In this document: in pieces, positions 10,724 through 19,343 of the stretch
Layout of the letters: the number at the start of each line of letters is the position of its first letter
Position numbering within the stretch: the stretch's first letter is position 1
Assembly (NCBI GenBank): GCA_024276295.1
Contig: JAJRXN010000125.1
Span: 1-29,930, forward strand
DNA from: Acidobacteriota bacterium
Lineage (GTDB): Bacteria > Acidobacteriota > Polarisedimenticolia > J045
Length of the DNA: 29,930 nucleotides
Direction: 5' to 3'
The notes under the pieces: generated by a model
Database searches by the model: none
Seen by the model: only the letters and a program-made list of their open reading frames with translations
Told to the model about the DNA's origin: nothing
Program-made: the position numbers and the translations under genes

Positions 10724-12653
10724 CGCCGTCCGCCTCCCGCTGCTTGCCGGTGATCACGCTCCGCCCACCCCCGCCTTCCGTCTCGTACTGGCGCGACGCC
10801 AGATGGTACCGGATCAGGCTGGCACGAACCTCCTTGCCCTGCCCCGCCGGCAGCAGGCGCGCGAGCCGCTTCTCGCCGAGCAGCTCGATGACTCCCATTC
10901 GCCCCCCCGTCCACACGAGCCGGTCGGACCGGCCGACGTCGTCGCCCCGCTCGATGACCACCCCGCCGTGGGCGTCGAGCCGCCGGACCTCGCCCGCCGC
11001 GTCGAGCGCGACATCTATCGTGGTGGCCTGGAGCCGGATGTCGGCGTCCTCGAACCGCGCTTCGCCGACGAGTCGGGCCGTCTTGCCGCCGGCGTCGTAG
11101 GTCAGCCTCCGGGCCGAGGTGCGCAGCGTGCGCACGGCACCGGTCCGCCTGCCGACCACGAAGCGTCCGACCACATCGCCTTCCGCCACGAGTTCGCGCC
11201 CCGCCTCGGACCAGGACATCCGGCTCGCGCGCAGGACGGTGTCGAACTGCCACGCCTGGACCGGGCCTCGGAACTCGATCGTCCCGCCCTCGAGCGGTAC
11301 GGCGACGCTCTCGCTGCGAACCCGGACCGGCTCCTCGCCGGCGAAGAGCCCGGACTCCGGGCCCGAGACGGTGGCGATCTCGGTGATCGCTCCTCCCTGC
11401 CCGACCAGCAGCCGCTCGGCCCGCAGATAGCGGATCGTCGGCGCCTCGATCAGGTCCTGCCCCTTCATCGCCCGCGCGCCGTGGCCTTCGACCAGCACCT
11501 GTTCGGGGGTCTCGATCGACCAAGACAGCCGCTCGCCGAGCACCCTGACCCCCGCCCCGCCGGAGACGCCGACCTTCCCTCTGGCCTCGAGCCGGGCCAC
11601 GCCACGGCCCGGCTCCCGCCGGACGATCAGTTCCGCGCCGGTCGCGGACCAAGGCTGTCCCCGGGCCGGCGTCCAGCGCGCCGCGAAGCCGTCAGGGGCC
11701 CGTGCGATGGTCGTCCGATCGTCGTCGGCCGCCGGCTCGATCGTCCAGCGCGGGGCTCCGAGGGCACCACGTCCCGCACCCTCCCGGCTCCGCGCCGCGA
11801 TCGACGTTCCGCGTCCGGCCTCGGCGCTGCCCGGCACGGTTCCGGGTCGGATCACGGCCAGGCTTCCCGCGGTGAGCTGCCAGCTCACGCCGGGTCCCGG
11901 TCCCGTCACGACGACCGGCCCCGAGCCCTCGAACTGGAGCGGGCGGTCGTCGCGTGCGGGCCGGATCACCCCGGCGGAGCCGAGAATCGAACGATCGGGC
12001 TGCCGCGCGCGGAAGGCACCCGGAAAGACGAACTCGCCCGGGCCGAGCCGGTACAGTGCCCGCGCCGCATCGAAGCGCCATGGGAGATCGCCGCCGAGGT
12101 CCGCCTCGACCGCGCCCCGCGTCTCGATCACCCGTTCGTCGGGCCGGTACTCGAACGCCTCGATGCGGCTTCGAAGTCCCGGTCCGCTCAGCCGCGCCGG
12201 CCCCGGGCCCGACAGCCGCCGCAGGGCCGTGTCGTACTGCAGTTCGTCGGTCACGAGGCGGAACCCCTCCGGGTCGAGCACGCGGACGTCGCCCTTGAGC
12301 ACGACCGACACGTTCTCGCGCTTCTGTCCGGACGTGCGCACCGTGCCGCTGCGCGCACTGAGCGAGACGTAGCGGCCGTCGGCCATGAACGCCCGCAGCT
12401 CGAGGACATCACGGACGAAGTGCGCTCCGCCCTCGAGCTGCGCCATGCTGGTCGCGTTCAGCTCGAGAACCGCCTCGGAGCCACGGGTGAAACGCAGCAG
12501 CACGCCGCCTTCCATCCGCGACGTCTCGTCCGGGCGCAGCGGCGTGCCGCGCTCGAGCGGCTCGGCCTCCGGAGGGCGGCTCCTCATCCCCTCGTAGAGT
12601 ACGCCGAGCACCACGAGCACGGCCGCGACGAGGAGCAGGAACCGCCGGCGCAT
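10710..12653 (-). CDS. LptC-LptA/OstA multi-domain fusion (LPS transport bridge), 647 aa
   Basis: N-terminal TM anchor ([16 protein letters not shown]), LptC-like segment ([18 protein letters not shown]), repeated beta-jellyroll-like segments, C-terminal LptA-like [16 protein letters not shown]; sole gene in the lptC/lptA position before lptB. Confidence 0.75.
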   Translation of the reverse strand: MRRRFLLLVAAVLVVLGVLYEGMRSRPPEAEPLERGTPLRPDETSRMEGGVLLRFTRGSEAVLELNATSMAQLEGGAHFVRDVLELRAFMADGRYVSLSARSGTVRTSGQKRENVSVVLKGDVRVLDPEGFRLVTDELQYDTALRRLSGPGPARLSGPGLRSRIEAFEYRPDERVIETRGAVEADLGGDLPWRFDAARALYRLGPGEFVFPGAFRARQPDRSILGSAGVIRPARDDRPLQFEGSGPVVVTGPGPGVSWQLTAGSLAVIRPGTVPGSAEAGRGTSIAARSREGAGRGALGAPRWTIEPAADDDRTTIARAPDGFAARWTPARGQPWSATGAELIVRREPGRGVARLEARGKVGVSGGAGVRVLGERLSWSIETPEQVLVEGHGARAMKGQDLIEAPTIRYLRAERLLVGQGGAITEIATVSGPESGLFAGEEPVRVRSESVAVPLEGGTIEFRGPVQAWQFDTVLRASRMSWSEAGRELVAEGDVVGRFVVGRRTGAVRTLRTSARRLTYDAGGKTARLVGEARFEDADIRLQATTIDVALDAAGEVRRLDAHGGVVIERGDDVGRSDRLVWTGGRMGVIELLGEKRLARLLPAGQGKEVRASLIRYHLASRQYETEGGGGRSVITGKQREADGDGAP

Positions 12654-12671
12654 CGACAGGAATCCGCCCGG

Positions 12672-13459
12672 TCAGCGACCGGCGAACCGGGGGGGCGCTT
12701 CTCGAGGAAGGCCGCGATGCCTTCGCGCACGTCCTCGGTCGAGAAGATCACGCCGAACAGCGCGGCCTCGAACTCCAGCCCGTCTTCAAGCGGCATCTGC
12801 AGTCCGGTCCGCACCGCCTCGATCGCCACGCGGACGGCGAGCGGGCCCTTGTCGAGGATCCCACGCAGCAGATCCTCCGCCTCCTCGACCACCGGGCGTT
12901 CGCGCGCGATCCGATTGACGAGCCCCCACGACAGTGCCGTCTCGGCGTCGACCATCCCGCCACCGAGGATCATCTCCAGCGCTCGCGTCTCGCCGACCAG
13001 CCTTGCGAGTCGCTGGGTCCCCCCGAAGCCGGGAATCAGGCCGAGCTGTACTTCCGGCTGCCCGAAACGCGCATCAGGCGAAGCGACCCGCAGATGGCAT
13101 GCCATCGCGAGTTCGCAGCCGCCGCCGAGGGCGAAACCGTTGACCGCCGCGACGACGGGGCGCCCGATCCCGTCGAACAGGCGGCCGAGCGCCTGCCCCT
13201 CGCGGGCGAATGTCCGCGCCTGGTCGGGGGTCATGTCGGCCATCTCGCCGATGTCGGCTCCGGCGACGAACGCCTTGTCACCTGCGCCGGCAAGGATCAC
13301 GCCGCGCACGGAGTCGTCTGCCGCCAGATCCTCGAACGTCGCCTTGAGGGCCGCGATCACCGCGCGGTTGAGGGCGTTGAGCCTGGTCGGCCGGTTGATC
13401 ACGACGCAGGCGATGCCGTCGGCGCGGCGGCACGTCACGAGCTGTTCCGATTCGCTCAT
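12672..13459 (-). CDS. Enoyl-CoA hydratase (crotonase); apparent 1-nt deletion near the 3' end (as read, the ORF runs to 12584)
   Basis: Motifs NRPTRLNALN, AFVAGADIGE, AVNGFALGGGCELAMAC, FGQPEVQLGLIPGFGGTQRL; both catalytic Glu present. One extra G in the G7 run 12689-12695 gives the typical end EKRPPRFAGR* with stop at 12674-12672. Confidence 0.85.
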
Positions 13460-13544
13460 TTCTCGCTGGCCTCCCGGGGTTTCCGCCGCCCGGCCTGCTG
13501 CGCGGGCGACGTCCGACAGTTGGGTTCGTGGCGAGGATAGCGCA

Positions 13545-13564
13545 GCCTGTCGCGTGCGACAGGC
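13545..13564. repeat. Inverted repeat GCCTGTCGC-GT-GCGACAGGC between the DnaC-like gene and the hydratase
   Basis: 9-bp perfect arms seen directly; no U-tract; lies just upstream of a TATCCT hexamer (13539-13534, minus). Confidence 0.6.
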
Positions 13565-13592
13565 CGCGCGCGGATCCGACCGGACCGCCCGT

Positions 13593-14312
13593 TCAGGAAC
13601 GGAAGTCCGCCGACTTGATCGTGCGGCGGAAATCCCCGCCCTGCAGCTCCACGACCCAGCACATCTCGGCCAGGCGGGATGCGAGGCGCACCCCGAGCCG
13701 GTCGGCGAGCGATTCGCCTTCGCCGGAGCCCGCGGCAGGCAGATTGGTCGTCAGCAGGGTCAGCGCGGAGGCGTTGTACCGCTCGTTGATGATCAACCCG
13801 AGCGTCTCCCGCGCCCACGGTGTCCCGCGCGTGACGCCGATGTCGTCGAGCAGCAGCACGTCGGCGCCGAGGATCGGCTCGAGGATCTGGCGTCCCGCCG
13901 TCTCGGCGTTGCGGTCGAACGTGTCCTGCAGGCTCCGCAGGAGCTGGTTGACCTCGACGAAACACCCCCGTGCACCCCGTTCCTCGACGAGTTCGCGCAG
14001 CGCCGCGACGGCGAGATGCGTCTTCCCGACCCCGCACGGGCCGCTGAGCAGCAGGCCGTGCTCTCCACCGGGAAAGCTCTCGACGACCTTGCGCGCCAGT
14101 TGCAGGGCCCGCGCCATCGTGTCGTTGAGCAGGTTGAACGAGGCGAACGTACAGTGCTCGTACCGCCTCGGAATGCCGGCGGCGCGCAGACGCAGGTCCC
14201 GGAGGCGGTCGCGTCGACAGCGGCAGGGCTGCGCGGCGCTGACGCCGCTCTCCTGCATCACGACGACGAAGCCCGTCCCGTGACAATCCGGACAGATCGA
14301 CTGCTCGCTCAT
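13593..14312 (-). CDS. DnaC/IstB-like AAA+ ATPase with N-terminal Zn motif (probable helicase loader)
   Basis: CPDC...CRC Cys cluster, AGIPRRYEHCTFASF, Walker A GPCGVGKTHLA, Walker B LLLDDIG, INERY...LLTTN, LASRLAEMC. Confidence 0.85.
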   Translation of the reverse strand: MSEQSICPDCHGTGFVVVMQESGVSAAQPCRCRRDRLRDLRLRAAGIPRRYEHCTFASFNLLNDTMARALQLARKVVESFPGGEHGLLLSGPCGVGKTHLAVAALRELVEERGARGCFVEVNQLLRSLQDTFDRNAETAGRQILEPILGADVLLLDDIGVTRGTPWARETLGLIINERYNASALTLLTTNLPAAGSGEGESLADRLGVRLASRLAEMCWVVELQGGDFRRTIKSADFRS

Positions 14313-14356
14313 CGCACGCCCACAGCCGCGCGTGTTCGCCGCGGAGAATGTCCGGG

Positions 14357-14395
14357 CGGATTATGCACGAAGCGGACCGCCCGATCATGCACGAG
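14357..14395 (-). promoter_or_regulatory. Putative promoter with a tandem ATGCACGA repeat; -10 CATAAT at 14365-14360
   Basis: Direct repeat ATGCACGA at 14363-14370 and 14387-14394 (24-bp period); first copy matches the coaX upstream motif at 13/15. Confidence 0.45.
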
Positions 14396-14424
14396 CGCAG
14401 CGGGAAGCCCCCGGTGCGAGGCGA

Positions 14425-15306
14425 TCAGTTCAGGTAGCTCCGCAGCTGCTGCGTCTTCGAGGAGCGGTTGAGCTTGCCGAGCGCCTGGGCCTCGATCTGG
14501 CGGATCCTCTCGCGGGAGAGCTTGAGCACCTCGCCGATCTCCTTGAGCGTCTTCGGCTCCTCGCCGGACAGGCCGAAGCGCAGCGTGATCACGCGGCGCT
14601 CCTTCTCGTCCAGCTCGCCGAGCGCCCGGCGCACGTGGTTGCGCAGCGCACTCCGGACCACCAGCGCGTCCGCGGCCGGAATCACGTCCTGCTCGAGCTT
14701 GTCCGAGAGATGGAAGTCGTGTTCCTCGTCGATGATCTCCGAAAGCGAGATGTTCTCGTCGGAGACCTGCAGCAACGTGTTGACGTCGTTCGGCTCGACG
14801 TCCATCCGCTCCGCGATCTCCTCCACCGTCGGCCGGCGCTCGAGTTCGGCCATCAGCGCCGCCTGGGTCTTGCCGATCCGGTAGAGCAGATTGGCCTGCT
14901 TCTGGGGCAGACGGAACGGGCCCGCCTGATCCGACAGGGCGTGGATGATCGACTGGCGGATCCACCACACCGCGTAGGTGATGAACTTGACGTTCTTGTC
15001 CGGATCGAATCGCTTGGCGGCCTCGATCAGGCCGACGTTGCCTTCGTTGATCAGGTCGAGAAACGAAAGGCCCAGCCCGCGGTAGCGCTTGGCGAACGAG
15101 ACCACGAAACGCAGGTTCGCCTCGACCAGCTTGTGCAGCGCCTGGCGGTCGCCCTTCTTGATCCGCCGGCCGAGGTCCTTCTCTTCCTGGACGGTGATCC
15201 GCGGAAGTCGCGCGATCTCCTTGAGATACTTCTTGAGCGCCTCGGGCGAGTTCTTGCGGCTCTTCGCCGAGCCTTCCCGCTCTTCGCCGAGAGTCTCTCG
15301 CGGCAT
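14425..15306 (-). CDS. Sigma-70 family sigma factor (regions 1.2-4, no region 1.1; group 2/RpoD-SigA-like)
   Basis: YLKEIARLP (1.2), [43 protein letters not shown] (2.3/2.4), [20 protein letters not shown] (4.2). GGGAGG SD before ATG 15306; 293 aa. Confidence 0.93.
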   Translation of the reverse strand: MPRETLGEEREGSAKSRKNSPEALKKYLKEIARLPRITVQEEKDLGRRIKKGDRQALHKLVEANLRFVVSFAKRYRGLGLSFLDLINEGNVGLIEAAKRFDPDKNVKFITYAVWWIRQSIIHALSDQAGPFRLPQKQANLLYRIGKTQAALMAELERRPTVEEIAERMDVEPNDVNTLLQVSDENISLSEIIDEEHDFHLSDKLEQDVIPAADALVVRSALRNHVRRALGELDEKERRVITLRFGLSGEEPKTLKEIGEVLKLSRERIRQIEAQALGKLNRSSKTQQLRSYLN

Positions 15307-15407
15307 GAATCCTCCCTGTCGATCGCCGGGCCGGCTGCCTGCCGCCGGCGGACACCGGCGGCCCCGGCGCCGGACGGCCTGCTCTGCTGATCGGCAGGAG
15401 GGCGGAC

Positions 15408-15413
15408 AGTATA
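15408..15413 (-). promoter_or_regulatory. Putative -10 (TATACT) for the sigma-70 family gene
   Basis: 5/6 match to TATAAT in a local AT-rich patch about 100 nt upstream of ATG 15306; no convincing -35. Confidence 0.4.
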
Positions 15414-15443
15414 AAGGGGGGACGGCCGCCGACCACGCGGTGG

Positions 15444-15896
15444 TCAGTGATCGATCGTCGCCTCGGCTTCCGCAACAGTACGAACGGATCCGGAGGCTCG
15501 CGGAACGACGATCTTCAGCACGCCCCGCTCGAACCGCTCGGTCGACTGCTCCGGTACGAAGCCCTCGGGCAGTTCGAAGCGACGAACGAAGCTGCCCCAC
15601 GAGCGCTCGACCCGATGCCAGGCCCAGTCACCCGCCAGATCCGGCCGGCGGCGCTCGCCGGAGAGGGTCAGTGCGCGGTCGGACCAGTGCAGTTCGATCT
15701 GCCGCCGTTCGAGTCCCGCCAGGTCGCAGCGGATCTCGAGGCGGTCCGGCAGCTCGACGACCTCGACCGGCGGCTGCCAGCTGCCCAGCGCGGTCGCCTC
15801 GTCGAGCGGTGCCGGGCCGGTGAGCAGCGCCTCGAACAGCTTGTTCATCCTGTCCTGGATCGATACGAGATCGCGGAAGGGATCCCAGCTCTTCAC
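15444..15896 (-). CDS. Hsp20/alpha-crystallin small heat shock protein
   Basis: [69 protein letters not shown] 15896 with GGAGG SD. Confidence 0.93.
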   Translation of the reverse strand: MKSWDPFRDLVSIQDRMNKLFEALLTGPAPLDEATALGSWQPPVEVVELPDRLEIRCDLAGLERRQIELHWSDRALTLSGERRRPDLAGDWAWHRVERSWGSFVRRFELPEGFVPEQSTERFERGVLKIVVPRASGSVRTVAEAEATIDH

Positions 15897-15940
15897 GACG
15901 CCTCCCCGCCGGCGTTCCTTCGGCCGACTGTCACCGAAAC

Positions 15941-15968
15941 GATCGGACACCCGGCAGGGCGCGTCAAG
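15941..15968 (-). promoter_or_regulatory. Putative hsp20 promoter (CTTGACG ... GTCCGATC)
   Basis: TTGACG -35-like hexamer in the dnaK-hsp20 gap; both blocks recur upstream of dnaK. Confidence 0.35.
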
Positions 15969-16003
15969 GAGGGGAGGCCGATGGAGGGGTAGCGGAGGGA
16001 GGC

Positions 16004-16038
16004 CGGGAGCGGCTCGCCCTGCGGGCTCGCGGCTCCCG
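16004..16038 (-). terminator. Imperfect GC-rich hairpin after dnaK (possible terminator or processing site)
   Basis: Outer stem CGGGAGC/GCTCCCG (7 bp) plus inner GCCC/GGGC, followed by a pyrimidine-rich tract rather than a U-tract. Confidence 0.3.
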
Positions 16039-16050
16039 TACCGGCCGCCG

Positions 16051-17952
16051 CTATTCCTCGACGACCTCGGCGTCGACGACGCTGCCGTCGCCGTCGTTGC
16101 TGCCGCTCGCCTGCCGTCCCTCCGCGCCCGCCTGCGCACCGGCACCGGCCCCCTCGCCGGAGCGATAGAGGGACTCGGCGAGCTTGTGGGCCGCGGTCGT
16201 CAGGGCTTGCGAAGCGCTGCGGATCGCCTCGAGATCGTTGCCCTTGAGAGCCTCTTCGGCGCCGGAGATGGCGCTTTCGACCTCCTGGCGGATCTCCTGC
16301 GGCACCTTGTCACCCGCCTCCTCGAGGCTCTTCTTCGTCTGGAACACGAGATTGTCGAGCTGGTTGCGCGCTTCGACCTGCTCGCGCCGGCGCCGGTCCT
16401 CGTCGGCGTGGGCCTCGGCCTCCGCCACCATCTTGTCGATCTCCTCCTGGCTCAGGCCGGAGGATGCCGTGATGGTGATCTTCTGCTCGCGCCCCGTCGC
16501 CTTGTCGCGCGCCGAGACGTGCAGGATGCCGTTGGCGTCGATGTCGAACGCCACCTCGATCTGGGGGACGCCCCGAGGTGCCGGAGGGATGCCGTCGAGG
16601 ATGAACTTGCCGAGTGTCTTGTTGTCCGCGGCCATCGGCCGTTCGCCCTGCACGACATGGATCTCCACCTGCGTCTGGTTGTCGCTGGCGGTGGAGAAGA
16701 TCTCCGACTTGCGGGCCGGAATCGTCGTGTTGCGGGGAATCAGCGGCGTCGTGACACCGCCGAGCGTCTCGATGCCGAGGGTCAGCGGCGTGACGTCGAG
16801 CAGCAGCACGTCCTTGACGTCACCGGAAAGAACACCCGCCTGGATCGCGGCGCCGATCGCGACGACCTCGTCCGGGTTGACTCCCTTGTGGGGCTCCTTG
16901 CCGAAGAAGTCCGTGACCAGCTTCTGCACGAGCGGGATCCGCGTCGAACCGCCGACGAGCACGACCTCGTCGATCGCCGACGGCTCGAGCCCCGCATCCT
17001 CGAGTGCCCGACGACAGGGTCCGAGCGTCCGCTCGACGAGTTCTCCGATCAGTTGCTCGAGGCGCGAGCGGGTGAGCTTGATCACGAGGTGCTTCGGCCC
17101 GCTGGCATCGGCCGTGATGAACGGCAGGTTGATCTCCGTCTCCATCACCGTCGACAGCTCGCACTTGGCCTTCTCGGCGGCCTCCTTGAGCCGCTGCAGC
17201 GCCATCTTGTCCTGACCGAGATCGATGCCCTGGTCCCGGCGGAACTCGTCGATCAGCCAGTCGACGATCCTGGCGTCGATGTCGTCACCGCCGAGGTGGG
17301 TGTCGCCGTTGGTCGACTTGACCTCGACGACGCCATCTCCCACCTCCAGGATCGAGATGTCGAACGTGCCGCCACCGAAGTCGAACACGGCGATCTTCTC
17401 GTCCTTCTGCTTGTCGAGCCCGTAGGCCAGCGCCGCCGCCGTCGGCTCGTTGACCAGTCGCTCGACCTTGAGGCCGGCGATCTGCCCGGCGTCCTTGGTC
17501 GCCTGCCGCTGGGCGTCGTTGAAGTATGCCGGCACGGTGATCACGGCGCGCTCGACCGGCTCGCCGAGGTAGTTCTCGGCGTCCTTCTTGAGCTTCTGCA
17601 GGATCATCGCCGAGATCTCGGGCGGCGAGTACTTGCGGCCGTCGACCTCGAAGCGTGCATCGCCGTTCTCGGCCGCGGCGACCTTGAACGGCACGCGCCC
17701 GGCCTCGTCCTGGACCTCCTCGAACCGCCGGCCCATGAACCGCTTGGCCGAGAAGATCGTGCGCGTCGGATTCGTCACGGCCTGGCGCTTGGCCACCTGG
17801 CCCACCAGCCGCTCCCCCTTGTCGTTGAACGCGACGACGGACGGCGTCGTCCGCCCGCCTTCCGCGTTCGTGATCACGGTCGGCTTGCCGCCTTCCATCA
17901 CGGCCACCACGGAGTTCGTGGTGCCGAGGTCGATGCCGATGATCTTGGACAT
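16051..17952 (-). CDS. dnaK: Chaperone DnaK (Hsp70)
   Basis: [67 protein letters not shown]-terminal [16 protein letters not shown] before ATG 17952; 633 aa. Confidence 0.99.
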   Translation of the reverse strand: MSKIIGIDLGTTNSVVAVMEGGKPTVITNAEGGRTTPSVVAFNDKGERLVGQVAKRQAVTNPTRTIFSAKRFMGRRFEEVQDEAGRVPFKVAAAENGDARFEVDGRKYSPPEISAMILQKLKKDAENYLGEPVERAVITVPAYFNDAQRQATKDAGQIAGLKVERLVNEPTAAALAYGLDKQKDEKIAVFDFGGGTFDISILEVGDGVVEVKSTNGDTHLGGDDIDARIVDWLIDEFRRDQGIDLGQDKMALQRLKEAAEKAKCELSTVMETEINLPFITADASGPKHLVIKLTRSRLEQLIGELVERTLGPCRRALEDAGLEPSAIDEVVLVGGSTRIPLVQKLVTDFFGKEPHKGVNPDEVVAIGAAIQAGVLSGDVKDVLLLDVTPLTLGIETLGGVTTPLIPRNTTIPARKSEIFSTASDNQTQVEIHVVQGERPMAADNKTLGKFILDGIPPAPRGVPQIEVAFDIDANGILHVSARDKATGREQKITITASSGLSQEEIDKMVAEAEAHADEDRRRREQVEARNQLDNLVFQTKKSLEEAGDKVPQEIRQEVESAISGAEEALKGNDLEAIRSASQALTTAAHKLAESLYRSGEGAGAGAQAGAEGRQASGSNDGDGSVVDAEVVEE

Positions 17953-17989
17953 GCTTGTCTCACCTCCGGGCAGGTCTGCCGTCGGGCGA

Positions 17990-18019
17990 GGCTTAAGATC
18001 GGACCTGCGGCCCGTCAAG
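17990..18019 (-). promoter_or_regulatory. Putative dnaK promoter (TTGACG-N16/17-TTAAGC/TAAGCC)
   Basis: TTGACG at 18018-18013 and an AT-rich hexamer at canonical spacing; 7-bp inverted repeat GCAGGTC/GACCTGC (17970-17976/18002-18008) flanks the -10. Confidence 0.45.
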
Positions 18020-18050
18020 CATGGGATCCGGGGGCGGTTTCCGGCGGCGG

Positions 18051-19340
18051 TCAGCGCATCAGGCTGGCTTCGACGGGCGTGATCCGCCGCAGGGATGCCG
18101 GTCTCGCGGAACCGGCCACGCCGAACCCGTCCGGGGCCAGGGCGAGCATGTACCCGCGTCCCCACGGGTCCCGCATCGCCGCCGCCGGGACCAGCCCGAT
18201 CCGTTCGAGATCGGCCAGTCCGTCGGGCCACTGCCCCTGGTCGAGCAGGAACGTGCGGACCGCCTGTTCGAGACGCTCGATCCGGGCGCTGTCGGCGGCG
18301 GCACGCGCGATGTCGAGGCCTGCCGCTTCCGCGAGCTGCGCCGGGCGTGCGAGTCCCGGGCGGCGGGGCACCGGCGCCAGCAGTTCTCCATCGAAGGTCC
18401 GGGCGACATCGAGCACCAGCGAGGTCGCGCCGATCGCCGTGGCGGCCACGACCAGGGCCAGGGCCAGCCTGGCCGGCCCCGCACGCTCGGCCAGTCCGCG
18501 CCGCCGGCGCCGTCCGTCGCGGGTTCCCCGGACGATCTCGATGAGCCGCAGTTCGATCAGACGGGCCAGCAGTTTGAACGTCTCGAACGATCCGAAGCCG
18601 GTGAACTCCGCGATCTCCCCGGCGGTCCGCTGGCCGTCGACCCACCGCAGCACGGCCAGCTCGTGGTCGGAATAGCCGCTCCTGGCCGGCCCGGCGACGT
18701 CGGCCAGCGGGTTTTCCGGAATGAAACCGAAGTCGAGATCCTGCTCGTAGATCGAACCCTGGGCTTCCTTGACGTCCTTCGTCGCCAGCACTTGGGCCGC
18801 GGCAGCCGTCGGACGGAGAACGACCGTCGGCGAGGGGATGACCCGTTCGATCATCGGCCACTCGTCGACCATCTGCGCCCCTTCCATCAGCAGCGTCTCG
18901 CTGGGGATCGGGGTCATCAGTTCGCTGTCCCAGACGACCTTGCGCTCCGGCTGGAAGTCGTACTGCCCGGTGCGCCAGCGGAACAGCTCGTAGACCGTCT
19001 CGCGGACCTGCAGCGCGAGCTGCGTCCGGAGCGTCTCCTTGTCGATCCACCCGTTGCGCAGCAGCACGTGACCGAGCTGCTGGAGCGTCTTCTTCTGGAT
19101 CGCCAGCGCCTCCTGGAGGCGCTTTTCGGTCAGCTTGCCGGAGCGGACCAGCAGTTGGCCGACGCGGAGGTCGAACGGCCGCGCGCTCGAGTCGGCCGAG
19201 ACGACCCGGCCCGCATCGAACCCGAGCGTGACGCGGTCGTCCTCCTTCTCCAGCACGAGCAGCCCGGATTTCCGCTGCAGGCCGATCAGCTGCAGGATGT
19301 CCGTCAGGGCGAAGTCGCCGAGCGTTCCCTTGAGCGCCAT
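18051..19340 (-). CDS. DUF4388-domain membrane protein with tandem MshEN-like motifs, wHTH-like segment, TM helix and C-terminal GspG-like domain
   Basis: N-terminal [23 protein letters not shown] (DUF4388); MshEN-like aa 59-111; [12 protein letters not shown]; [10 protein letters not shown]...[10 protein letters not shown]; one hydrophobic helix; LDQGQWP..L..L...DPWGRGY (T2SSG-like). Confidence 0.8.
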   Translation of the reverse strand: MALKGTLGDFALTDILQLIGLQRKSGLLVLEKEDDRVTLGFDAGRVVSADSSARPFDLRVGQLLVRSGKLTEKRLQEALAIQKKTLQQLGHVLLRNGWIDKETLRTQLALQVRETVYELFRWRTGQYDFQPERKVVWDSELMTPIPSETLLMEGAQMVDEWPMIERVIPSPTVVLRPTAAAAQVLATKDVKEAQGSIYEQDLDFGFIPENPLADVAGPARSGYSDHELAVLRWVDGQRTAGEIAEFTGFGSFETFKLLARLIELRLIEIVRGTRDGRRRRRGLAERAGPARLALALVVAATAIGATSLVLDVARTFDGELLAPVPRRPGLARPAQLAEAAGLDIARAAADSARIERLEQAVRTFLLDQGQWPDGLADLERIGLVPAAAMRDPWGRGYMLALAPDGFGVAGSARPASLRRITPVEASLMR

Positions 19341-19343
19341 GAC

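Noticed and set aside
10820-10837. Sigma54 -24/-12-like sequence TGGCACG...TTGC (also near 26173-26190)
   Set aside because: GG-to-GC spacing is 13 nt rather than the required 10, and the first site lies inside a CDS on the opposite strand.
13593-14312. IS21-family element (IstB-like ATPase)
   Set aside because: No istA transposase, terminal inverted repeats or target duplication; flanked by housekeeping genes.
17953-18050. CIRCE element upstream of dnaK
   Set aside because: No TTAGCACTC-N9-GAGTGCTAA; the GCAGGTC/GACCTGC repeat there has a 25-nt loop and unrelated sequence.
15820-18675. 951-aa ORF antisense to dnaK
   Set aside because: The long antisense frame of dnaK/hsp70 is a known artefact, often mis-annotated as NAD-specific glutamate dehydrogenase; no independent start signals.
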